A stretch of 64,000 bases of DNA from the human T2T-CHM13v2.0 reference genome, Homo sapiens: the NCBI RefSeq assembly GCF_009914755.1, contig NC_060934.1. The stretch is one strand, 5' to 3'. The notes under the pieces were generated by a model, which searched no databases, had not been told where the DNA came from, and saw only the letters and a program-made list of their open reading frames with translations. Positions 16,363 through 29,348 of the stretch are shown one piece after another. The stretch's first letter is position 1. Every line of letters begins with the position of its first letter. Position numbers and translations under genes: made by a program.

Positions 16363-17210
16363 CTCTTTTCTCATTTCCTTAAGTCTTGGTAAAATAGTTT
16401 TATAATATCTGGGCATTTTTACAATTGAGCTCTTAGTCATGAAGGGTGTGTTTCTCAGTCTGGCCTTCTACCCATATAGAAGGAGGGTGGGGTGTGGCTG
16501 TTGCCTGCTCCCCACAGAAACACCCTTATGGTCTCTAGGAGGGGTAAGTCATATTGTTATCACGTTCACTTATTTACAGACATTTAGCTACTAGGTAAAC
16601 ATTACAAAGAGTGTGGATTTTTAAAATGTTGCCACACAAACAGCCAACTGAGTTATGTTAGAATCATCCTTGGTAACAGATTTCTGCATTTACTGCAGTT
16701 ATTCAACGTTTGGGTGTGTGCGGGTGTCTTGTTTTTCCTACTTTATGTTAAGCTATTTACAAACAAGGGACATATGATTATACTTCTATTTAAACCTGTG
16801 CAGGCCTAGTTACTGTTAGCAGACCTGTCCATAGTATCGGTTAAGGCAACTAGAAGCAGGCAACAGAGCACAGAACAAGATGGTTCTAGTCTACTGTTCT
16901 CCTTTTCTAATAGAAATTAACTGAATTCCGGCAACACTTGAGGTTTTGGGGCTCCTCTCTTTCACCATATGCTGGAATGAGTCAAGGCTGTGTATGGGAA
17001 ATGATCACTCTATTTAAATTATGTCATTTAAACCTCCCTGTTGAGTAACAGACTTGACTTCTCTCAACAGTCAATCGGATCCACAAGATGAAGAATGCCA
17101 TTGTGTGAGTACAGATTTGAACCCTGTTGCTAATCACTGGATGACCCTTTGGGCTATTTATCAAAAGGATCTGCGCCTTTTCTAAGCCTAAACTCGAGAG
17201 TCAATGATTA

Positions 17211-17851
<641 letters not shown>

Positions 17852-18719
17852 CTAGTTATCATATATTGATTTAAAGTTTCTGGAGTTAAGAGGTCTTTAC
17901 ATAATAGAATTTTCAGTGATTCTCTTCTTTAGTATAATGTTCAAGTTATGCAAGTAATACATAAATTCAATTTCGGAAGAGCCATAGATTTAAATAATTA
18001 AGGGTAGCTTTCACTTCTGCCTGGTAATTTCACTTCCAGCTGGTGACACGTCAGCCTTGGTAGATGAGCTGGAGAAAGAATATTTAGGTGTTTCCATGAC
18101 ATGATGCTCTTTATTTATTTATTTTTTCACTTTAAATTGTCAGTCCAACAGAACACAAAGAATGAATATATATCAACTCCACACATCACTTCCCAAGACG
18201 CTTGCCTTTATTGCTGAGGTACTATTTTTATTTGACAACATTCAGAAAATATTCTGCGCACTTTTCAGAATCTCAGAGAACCACACATAGAACCAACGAA
18301 ACTAAAAATATGACATATCTGTGTACAATTCCCATATGCTTCATGGAATGCTCAACAAATGTTTACTTTACAAAATGTAAAAGTATTTTTTATATCATGA
18401 AGATTACACAAAAAGTTTATAAAAAAATTATAAATTCAAATAGCATTTCTACTAGTCTAGTGCCCTAAATATCCGTTTTATCTGGGCATGAATGATTTGG
18501 CTTCAGTAAGCTTCAGCTCACTTATATCATTTAAACAATTACATTTAAGCTATCATATAGAGTACTGTGAATTTGTCAGAAAAAATCTTTAAGATATATA
18601 AAATGTTGTCCATGATATATGCAATAATGTCACAAAATAAGTATTGTTGCTGCTGAGACATTTATGGTTAAAATATAATTATCTTTTTATCTCAAGCAAT
18701 GAGCATAGTACCTGGCTCA

Positions 18720-20355
<1,636 letters not shown>

Positions 20356-21479
20356 GGAATTGTTTTTTCTAGCTTAATTGGATGTATTTAATGTTTATCT
20401 AAAGACACAGGATTCAGCTTCTTTGCACAGTTTTTTTTAAAAAATCACATTTATAGTCTTCCCATGTTTTAATATACAGTATATAGCAAAAACGTTACAA
20501 GTTATTCTATGCTAAGTTTTGGGATCCTTCTGAGGAGCTTACAGTTGAGGAAGGGAAAACAGTCACGGAAACCATCAGAATAAAAACAACTCACTTCCTG
20601 AAAACTTATACTCTTCAATCGTTCTGATCATGTAGCAATTTTCATGCATATTAATTTTAATTACATAATTACATTATAGATAATTATTTGAACTCACGAG
20701 AAATCAGATTTGCCTCCCTAATCTCTTTGCTGTCACCTGCAAGGCCTTGTCTTCTCTTAGCTTCCAAGGGCCAAAAACAACATCCAGTTCCAAAGCTGCT
20801 ATCATTTCTGCTTTGAAGGTTTCCTGAAGTACCACCTCCTCCAGGAAGCCTTTCCACATTGAGATACAGAGTGGACAAGGATTCCTACTGCCAATACACA
20901 GTCTTGCATAGTCCACTGCCCCCAGACAAACTAAAAAGATTTTTAAAAATGCATTCATATGTTAATGTTTCAAATCTTCACCTCTTTGTTTTTGTCTGCT
21001 GCTAACTTGGTACATCAGAGGTAGTGTGTCTTCTGTGGACCTAGTGTTTTGTTGTTGTTGTTGCTGTTTTCTGCATTTACCCCAACCTGTTAATGTCTAC
21101 TCTTGCTTTAGGGTTTAAATTCTAATATTTTCCTTATCTCCCTTCAGGCTCCAGTTATGCTAGTCCTGCCAGGCACGTGGTGGGTATGGTAAATATTATT
21201 TGGTGACGGCCTTGTTAACAGTCTTGTCTTCTGTTTCAGAACACCAGCTAATGAAAGAGTTAAGCGTGAAGTGCTTCATGCACAGAGCAACAGATGCTCA
21301 ACAAATCAGTGATGAAATCCAAGGATGGTAATTTCCTTTTTCTAATTAGCCATGAGAGCTTCAAGCTCCCAATGGGGTAGTTACCAGAATTTGAAAAGTT
21401 AGACAGTCATTTACCTTCTTCTGAGTTAATTTACATAAGCGGCTGGAGTGACCTGAGCTGGGACCCTGCCAGTCATACT

Positions 21480-21765
21480 GCCCAAAGATAATTAAAAGCC
21501 CTGGCTAGGGTCAAGGGACCTGGATAGTAATCTTGGCTTCACCACTGTCTGACAAACCTTGGAAACTCGCTTTCCATCTACTCATTCACTTAGTAAATAT
21601 TAATTAGGTCCAATTATGTGCCAAGCACGGTGTTAGGGGATGGAAATATAAGAGCAAGACCCAAGTCTCTCAATTCCTGGAATTCACATTCCACCGGAAA
21701 GGTGGGGACCGGAGTACAGCCTACATCACCTACAGGTTCAGTCTCCCTATCTCTAAAATGTTAGG
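21480..21765. mobile_element. MIR/L2 fragments
   Basis: CATTCACTTAGTAAATATT...GTGCCAAGCAC (L2 end) flanked by MIR-like core. Confidence 0.5.
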
Positions 21766-22204
21766 ACAACCTCTGGGTTCAATTCGAATGTTTAGGCCCT
21801 GTTAATTTAGCATTTGATCACAGCTCAGAATATAGCAAAAGTCTCCCACTACCTCTGGCTTTCCCTTACAAAGGCGGGTATTACAAAAAGACTCGGTAGA
21901 AGTATTTTCTATAGTCTATCTTGCCCCGGAATGCAGGTCACGACTTTCTCCACCGCTTTTGACCTCTGGCTAGCATTCACACCTATTCTCAAAGGGCCCT
22001 AAGTGATACTGCATTTGGTATTCTGAGAAAGCTTGTTTATAAAAGCCTAAAAGGCTTCCTTGCTTTCCCCCAAGCCAGATATTTGCCAAATGGCATAGGT
22101 CAGAGGTGCAAAGTTGGTTTTGTCTTAGCAAGGCAAGAGAATCCACTAGCGGACTCACCCTTACCGGTGAGTCCAAGGAAATGCATAGAAAAGACACAGT
22201 GGTA

Positions 22205-22690
22205 AAACTAGCTGGGCACCTGTAATCCCTGCCCAAGGCAAGGCTGAGGAAGGGGGATCACTTGGGCCCTGGAGGTCGAGGTCGCAGTGGGACATGATGG
22301 CGCCACTGCACTCAGCCTGGAAGGCAGAGCAAGACCTTGCCTCAAAAAGAAAAAGAAAAAAAAAAAAAGGAAAAGACGCGGCGGTTCCACGAGTGGTGGC
22401 TAGGACCCATAATCCCAACACTTTAGGAGGTCGAGGCGGGAAACAGCTTGAGGCCAGTAGTTCGACACCAGACTGGGCAACTGTGGTGAGACCCTCGCCT
22501 TAAAAAAAAAGAAAGAAAGAAAGAAAGAAAATTAGCCGGGTGCGGTGGTGCACACCTGTGGTTTCCAGTTACTCTGGAGGTTGAGGCGGGAGGATCGCTT
22601 GAGCCCGGGAAGTCAAGGCTGCAGTGAGCTATGGACTGCGCCACTACACTCTAGCTTCGGAGACAGGTAAGACCCCCATCTCTAAAAAGA
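22205..22690 (+). mobile_element. Alu right monomer plus AluJ abutting the CpG island
   Basis: Diverged Alu bodies with many retained CpGs. Confidence 0.8.
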
Positions 22691-22941
22691 TAAAAGAAAA
22701 GAGGCAGTAGTGAATGCAAGCAGGGATGGTAGCCCATGACCAGCAGAGGCCAAACAGACTTTAAGGCAGCATTCCGTTCTCCACACCCATGCCGGAAGCT
22801 TTCCTGCCACGCAAGCTTTCCGAGCATGCTAACTCGCCCCAAGCAGCTCCCATCCCGCAGCATCCACTGCAGCCGCTGAGGAGAGTGGCGCAGCGCAGAA
22901 ACCAGTGCCCAGTGCCCAGGTGGGGGAAGCGGTCCGTGGGA

Positions 22942-23185
22942 GTCACGTGGGCGGGAGGCCCAGCCAGGATCCCAGGACTGCTCAGGCCTCCGCGCCCCCG
23001 GCCTCGCCCCGCCCGCGCGCGCTCGCGCGCCGAGGGCCACGCCCGTGACGTCGGCGGAGCGCGGTAGGGGGCGGGGCGCGGGCCGGAGTGGGCGGGGCGA
23101 GCAGGCGCGACTGAATCGGGCGCCGCAAAGAGCCGCGCATTCCAGTGAGTCCACGTGACGCGGCCGCGAGGCCTGAGGTAAACAA
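22942..23185 (+). promoter_or_regulatory. Proximal promoter motif cluster (E-box/CLEAR x2, CRE-like, GC boxes, FOX site)
   Basis: GTCACGTG 22942-22949, TGACGTC 23046-23052, GGGGCGGGG 23068-23076, GGGCGGGG 23090-23097, CACGTGAC 23152-23159, GTAAACAA 23178-23185. Confidence 0.65.
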
Positions 23186-23561
23186 CCGCGGCCCCGCCTC
23201 CCGGGCCTCCGCGCGCACCGCGCTCCTCCTCGCCGGCGGGACGCGCTCCAACGGGGCGGGCGGCTTCCTCCGTGAGTCCCCAGCGGCCGCCGCGGGCCGA
23301 AGCAGCTGCAGCGGGCGCGGCGCCCCGGGTCTGCGGGCCGAGCGCACCGGCAGGGGTCGAGCTCGCGTCCCGTCCCCGCCCCCCTGCGCTGTGGCGCAGC
23401 AGGAATTTGGCCGGGACCCGGGCGCTATTCGCGGCTGCTGACTCGCGGCGGCCGGCTGCCTTTCGCTCATCTCTATTCTGGGGCCGTTGGGTCACCGCGC
23501 TCCGCCGGCCCCCTCCCCCGGGCCCGGAGGGTGTGTCCCCCGCTCCGGGGCTCGCCGCGCC

Positions 23562-23567
23562 TATAAG
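23562..23567 (+). promoter_or_regulatory. TATA-like box (TATAAG)
   Basis: Isolated AT-rich hexamer in very GC-rich sequence, 28 nt upstream of the ATG. Confidence 0.5.
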
Positions 23568-23589
23568 GGGCCGAGCGGCGGGCAGGGAC

Positions 23590-25035
23590 ATGCAGCTCTA
23601 CAGCAGCGTCTGCACCCACTACCCCGCCGGGGCCCCGGGTCCCACGGCCGCCGCCCCCGCGCCACCCGCCGCCGCTACCCCCTTCAAGGTCTCGCTGCAG
23701 CCCCCGGGAGCCGCCGGCGCCGCGCCCGAGCCCGAGACCGGTGAGTGCCAGCCCGCCGCGGCCGCCGAGCACCGGGAAGCCGCCGCTGTCCCCGCCGCCA
23801 AGATGCCCGCCTTCTCCTCCTGCTTCGAGGTGGTGTCCGGGGCCGCCGCGCCCGCCTCCGCCGCCGCCGGCCCGCCCGGCGCGTCCTGCAAGCCGCCGCT
23901 GCCGCCGCACTACACGTCCACCGCACAGATCACCGTGCGGGCCCTGGGCGCCGACAGGCTCCTGCTGCACGGGCCCGATCCCGTTCCCGGCGCCGCGGGC
24001 TCCGCCGCTGCCCCGCGCGGCCGCTGCCTCCTGCTCGCCCCGGCGCCCGCAGCCCCGGTCCCGCCGCGGCGGGGCTCCTCGGCCTGGCTCCTGGAGGAGC
24101 TGCTGCGGCCCGACTGCCCCGAGCCCGCGGGCTTGGACGCGACACGGGAGGGGCCCGATCGGAACTTCCGACTGAGCGAGCACCGCCAGGCCCTGGCCGC
24201 CGCCAAGCACCGAGGCCCCGCGGCGACCCCGGGGAGCCCCGATCCCGGCCCCGGTCCGTGGGGCGAAGAGCACTTGGCGGAGAGGGGCCCCAGGGGCTGG
24301 GAGAGGGGCGGCGATCGCTGCGACGCGCCCGGTGGGGACGCGGCGCGGAGGCCCGACCCAGAGGCCGAGGCACCCCCCGCCGGGAGCATCGAGGCCGCCC
24401 CGAGTAGTGCGGCGGAGCCGGTGATCGTCTCCAGGTCGGATCCCAGAGACGAGAAGCTGGCCCTATACCTGGCCGAGGTGGAGAAGCAGGACAAGTATCT
24501 GCGGCAGAGGAATAAGTACCGATTCCACATCATTCCAGACGGCAACTGCCTCTACCGAGCTGTCAGCAAGACGGTGTATGGGGACCAGAGCCTGCACCGG
24601 GAGTTGAGGGAGCAGACGGTGCACTACATCGCCGACCATCTCGACCACTTCAGCCCCCTGATTGAGGGCGACGTGGGGGAGTTTATCATCGCTGCTGCCC
24701 AAGACGGGGCATGGGCCGGGTACCCGGAGTTGCTGGCCATGGGGCAGATGCTGAATGTGAATATCCATTTAACTACTGGAGGGAGGCTGGAGAGTCCCAC
24801 GGTGTCTACCATGATTCATTATTTGGGCCCAGAGGATTCCCTGAGGCCTAGTATTTGGCTCAGTTGGCTCAGTAACGGACACTATGATGCTGTATTTGAT
24901 CACTCCTATCCTAACCCAGAGTACGACAACTGGTGCAAACAAACTCAAGTGCAAAGGAAACGCGACGAAGAACTTGCCAAATCTATGGCCATATCCTTGT
25001 CTAAAATGTATATTGAACAAAATGCATGCTCTTGA
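23590..25035 (+). CDS. OTUD1: OTU domain-containing deubiquitinase 1 (481 aa, single exon)
   Basis: First ATG of the long ORF (MQLYSSVCTHY...) to TGA at 25033-25035 = 481 aa. Ala/Pro/Gly-rich N-terminus, OTU catalytic motifs PDGNCLYRA (Cys320, codon 24547) and SNGHYDAV (His431, codon 24880), C-terminal UIM-like DEELAKSMAISLS. The GTG start at 23272 in the ORF track is not the canonical start. Confidence 0.97.
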   Translation: MQLYSSVCTHYPAGAPGPTAAAPAPPAAATPFKVSLQPPGAAGAAPEPETGECQPAAAAEHREAAAVPAAKMPAFSSCFEVVSGAAAPASAAAGPPGASCKPPLPPHYTSTAQITVRALGADRLLLHGPDPVPGAAGSAAAPRGRCLLLAPAPAAPVPPRRGSSAWLLEELLRPDCPEPAGLDATREGPDRNFRLSEHRQALAAAKHRGPAATPGSPDPGPGPWGEEHLAERGPRGWERGGDRCDAPGGDAARRPDPEAEAPPAGSIEAAPSSAAEPVIVSRSDPRDEKLALYLAEVEKQDKYLRQRNKYRFHIIPDGNCLYRAVSKTVYGDQSLHRELREQTVHYIADHLDHFSPLIEGDVGEFIIAAAQDGAWAGYPELLAMGQMLNVNIHLTTGGRLESPTVSTMIHYLGPEDSLRPSIWLSWLSNGHYDAVFDHSYPNPEYDNWCKQTQVQRKRDEELAKSMAISLSKMYIEQNACS

Positions 25036-26283
25036 AATGTCTCAAAACCTTACACCCTGGGAATAATTGCATATATAACTTGTGTTTGGAGAATCACATG
25101 AACTTTAATCAGGGTAATAGCACTTTCAAACTTGCTAGTAGATTTTACTGTAGGTGTAATGCCTTAATCATCTTTTTGAATGTTTTCTCAGAGCTGGAGG
25201 TTGCTGGGCACCTAAATGATGTTTCATGATAGCTTTGGGTGATTTTACTGCTATTTATAATTTGCTGTATAAAGTGAGCATTACTTAATTTGCAAGCTGA
25301 TTTCTCACAGTGTAAATTTGTTCATTCCTGGTAGTCTATTTTCTATAAAAATGTATTTTTGCACAACATTTTTAAAAACTGGTGTACCTTCATCTATGAC
25401 GTGTTCCATTTTGACAAACAGCTTTCAGGCGTAAATCCAGAGAAGTGCTTTATATGAAATGTATTATTTTGAACAGAGTTTGTGATTTGGTAGTTATTTT
25501 ATGTTGTTGAAATTTGAATTTCACAATTCTTAGATAATTATTTCAAATGGATATTGATGCATTCTTGTTACCAGATGTTTGGCCCATTCCATTTTGATGA
25601 AACAGAGCTGTTGTTTTGGAAGTCATTATTTTTCTAGAAATGGCGAATCTTTTAAAGAAAATTACTTAATGGAAGGTTGTGGGAAGGTGTTTTTTTGTGT
25701 TTTTTTTTTGGTTTTTGTTTTGTTTTTCCTCTTTTAAGGGATAGTAGCAGGTCTTACTTGAATGAAAGTCTGATATTTGCTGATGGCAGAATGATTATTC
25801 TGTACCCTGGTTGATGTGTAGAGTAGATTGTCTGGTGCTCTCAGTTGTTTTTATTTACATTTGTCACGTTGTTGTAAGAGAATGTTAACATGGTATAAAA
25901 CTCTGTGACAAGATAAGCCTCCTGCTTTATATAACTTCTTGAATCCAGCTAAGAGATTTATAAACTAATGGCATAAATGTCTGGAGCCAACCTTGGCAGT
26001 TATAGCAGGAGAACACTGTCTTAATATTTCTTTACATTCTTTCAAAAGGCAAAATAGGATTGCCCTGTATTGATGTAGAAATGTCTGTAAACAGAGCTTG
26101 TATGGTTTGCTGGGTCAAACAATGTTTCCAACTTAAAATCAATCTCATTGCCACTTTAACTACTTTTAGTCATATTTATTAAGTAATGCAGTTTGTACTT
26201 TTTTTATTTTGTAACATTTTGTGATTTTTTTGTACAAAACTGTATTTGTACAATAGAGCAATTCCCAGCTGATGGAATGAATG

Positions 26284-26289
26284 AATAAA
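26284..26289 (+). terminator. Proximal polyadenylation signal AATAAA
   Basis: AATAAA preceded by five TGTA elements (26194-26250) and followed by GT-rich sequence (~26327-26355). Confidence 0.8.
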
Positions 26290-26485
26290 ATGCAAAATTA
26301 TACTTTTACAATGCCTTTTTGGATAGAGTGGTTTTTAAATTGTGATGTTTGTAGGAAACTTTCTTGCATGTATGCATGTACACAATTTTTTTTTTCCATA
26401 AAGATGCCACAGCAATAGAGAGGTTTCCTAAATTATCACATGAAGAGGATAGGCTAATCATGAGTAATTTCAAAGGATAAGTCTG

Positions 26486-26491
26486 AATAAA
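26486..26491 (+). terminator. Distal polyadenylation signal AATAAA
   Basis: Second AATAAA about 200 nt downstream, followed by T-rich sequence. Confidence 0.55.
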
Positions 26492-26769
26492 ATATAATTT
26501 AAAAGTGGAGTAATCCAAGAAATTGCTCTCATTATTTCTAATTATAATTTCTGTCTACAGTTATAGCTGTACCTATTGGCTAATGAAAAAGGAAGTGCAA
26601 GTTTTGTGTCAGCCAGCAGAATGTCTAATTAAATGTCATACTTTTGTATTCCACTCACTCTCAGTATAGAGTTTAACGTTTTAGAGAGTAACCAAAGAGA
26701 TGCCCTAATTTTTGTCTAGTCTGGCCTCTTGAGACCACGGGAATCTGTTTTAAGATGTTGAAAAGTGCA

Positions 26770-27137
26770 TGCTATAGTTTGAATATATGTGTCCCACCAC
26801 CCCAAATTCATGTGTTCGTCCCCATTATGGTGGTATTAAGAGGTTGGGCTTTTGGGGAAGTGATTTAAGGCATGAGCGCTCTGTCTTCATGAATGAATTA
26901 GTTGCCTTTTATAAAAAGGTCTGGAAGCAACTAGCTTAGGCCCATTTTGCTGTTCTGTTGTTCTGCCACAGGAGGACACCTAGATGGTGTCATCTGTGAG
27001 GAAGGGGCCTCCGCCTGATGTGGAACCTGCGAGCACCTTGATCTTGGGCTTCCCAGCCAACAGACTGTGAGAAATACAAATTTCTGTTCTTTATAAATTA
27101 TAGGTATTTTGTTGCAGTAGCACAAATGGACTAAGTT
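26770..27137 (+). mobile_element. MaLR LTR (MLT1A-like)
   Basis: TGCTATAGTTTGAAT...CAAATGGACTAAG termini. Confidence 0.7.
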
Positions 27138-27609
27138 GGTGCACCTGTGTGCATAATGTTGGGGTATGTGTAATGCATAAGAAAAGCAGCTATTTTGGAT
27201 ATTTTACTTTTCAGTTATTTAGACATCACAGTCATAGACACAACTGAACTTGATTGAGTTCATTGGTTAACCACATTCTTGGAAGGATGCCGTTGAATAT
27301 CAAGGAAAGAATTTGTCAACGGTTTAAATGTTTACTAATCACAGATCTCTGGATTTTTGTGTAGGTAAGTTTTGCTTCATGGCTTCAGTAAGTAATTTGG
27401 GAAGAAAGAAATTCTATTATTTGAATTACCTGGCTACCCCTTTTCTCCACTTTATTTAGAGCTGTATAACATTTGGAGATGCTTAAAATTTTATACAAGT
27501 ATGAGTAGAACACACAAGAATTCCTAAAAAGCCTTCTGTAAGCCTATTACTGTTTTAGGTAGCTTACTCTGTGTTCTGTTTCATTTTCAAATTAGGATTC
27601 CAAGTCCTG

Positions 27610-28265
27610 ATTTCTTTTCTTTTTTCTTACGTTTTTATTGAGACAGGGTCTCCCTCTGTCACCTAGGCTAGAGTGCAATGGCACAGTCATGGCTCACTGC
27701 AGCCTCAACCTCAGAGCTCAAGTGATTCTCCCGAATACCTCAGCCTCCTAAGTAACTGGGGCTACAACGGTCGTCCAGCATCACACCCAGCTAATTTTTA
27801 AAAAAATTTTTTAGTAGAGATGTAGTCTCACTATGTTGCCTAGGCTGGTCTTAAATTCCTGAGCTTAAGTGATCCTCCTGCCTCAGCCTCCCAAGGTGGT
27901 GGGATTACAGGCATAAGTCACCCTGCCCAGTCCTGTTTTTAAATTTAATTTTAACATTTTGTTTATTATTTTTGAGACAGGGTGTTGTCGTGTCCCCCAG
28001 GCTGGAGTGCAGTGGCACAATCATGGCTTACTGCAGCCTCTACCTCCTGGGCTCAAGTTAGCCTCTCACCTTGGCTGCTGAGTAGCTGGGACTATAAGCA
28101 TGTACCACCATGCTCAGCTAATTTTTTATTATTCATAGAGGTCGGTGGGGCGGGGGTTCGCCCTGTGTTGCCCAGGCTGGTCTTGAACTCCTGGCCTCAG
28201 GCAATCCTCCCACCTCAGCCTCCCAAAGTGCTGGGATTACAGGTGTGAATCACACACTCAGCCTT
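27610..28265 (-). mobile_element. Two AluJ copies
   Basis: ~27610-27935 and ~27955-28265. Confidence 0.85.
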
Positions 28266-28670
28266 GAAAAAGAAAATCTGGAGATAATTTCATTACTTTG
28301 TTCAAGTTTATCTTATGTGCTTTTCCTAAAAAAAAAGTTATACAATTTTTTTCCAAGTTTTGCATTTTGAGAATCATTAGCACTTTACCATGACATTTAG
28401 TGCTCATGTGGAAGAAAGGCATTAGGGAAGAAAAATAGATTGTAATCCTTTGGACGTTTGATAATTTGATATGTAGGTAAATGTACTGGATAAATTCAAG
28501 TATGTAGCATGTTCACATTAAATAGTTATTTGTTACATCCTAAGTTCAGATGTCATTTTTTTGTACATCCCTAGAATGTCTATCTCAAAGAGGCACTGAG
28601 AAACTAGATGACATTTAATTCAGTTTGATTTCCCAAATTTACTAAGCTCAATAGGCACATTCCCTGTTGA

Positions 28671-29348
<678 letters not shown>

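Larger units (their letters stand above)
22780..24760. promoter_or_regulatory. CpG island spanning the OTUD1 promoter and 5' CDS
   Basis: Very high GC and dense unmutated CpG, against CpG-depleted flanks; free of interspersed repeats. Confidence 0.95.
25036..26515 (+). other. OTUD1: OTUD1 3'UTR
   Basis: Repeat-free AT/U-rich tract after the stop codon, ending at poly(A) signals. Confidence 0.8.

Noticed and set aside
23272-23589. 587-aa ORF starting at GTG 23272 as the true CDS
   Set aside because: Eukaryotic locus; the ATG at 23590 gives the known 481-aa OTUD1. Kept only as a low-interest extension hypothesis
22651-24545. Many long overlapping or antisense ORFs (e.g. 276, 266, 220, 211 aa) in the CpG island
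   Set aside because: Expected from stop-codon scarcity at very high GC; low-complexity Arg/Gly/Pro translations with no recognisable domains
25251-25260. MEF2-consensus CTATTTATAA in the 3'UTR, and the CArG-like reading of CCTATAAGGG at 23560
   Set aside because: AT-rich matches arise easily by chance; the CArG has a mismatch and is better explained as a TATA box
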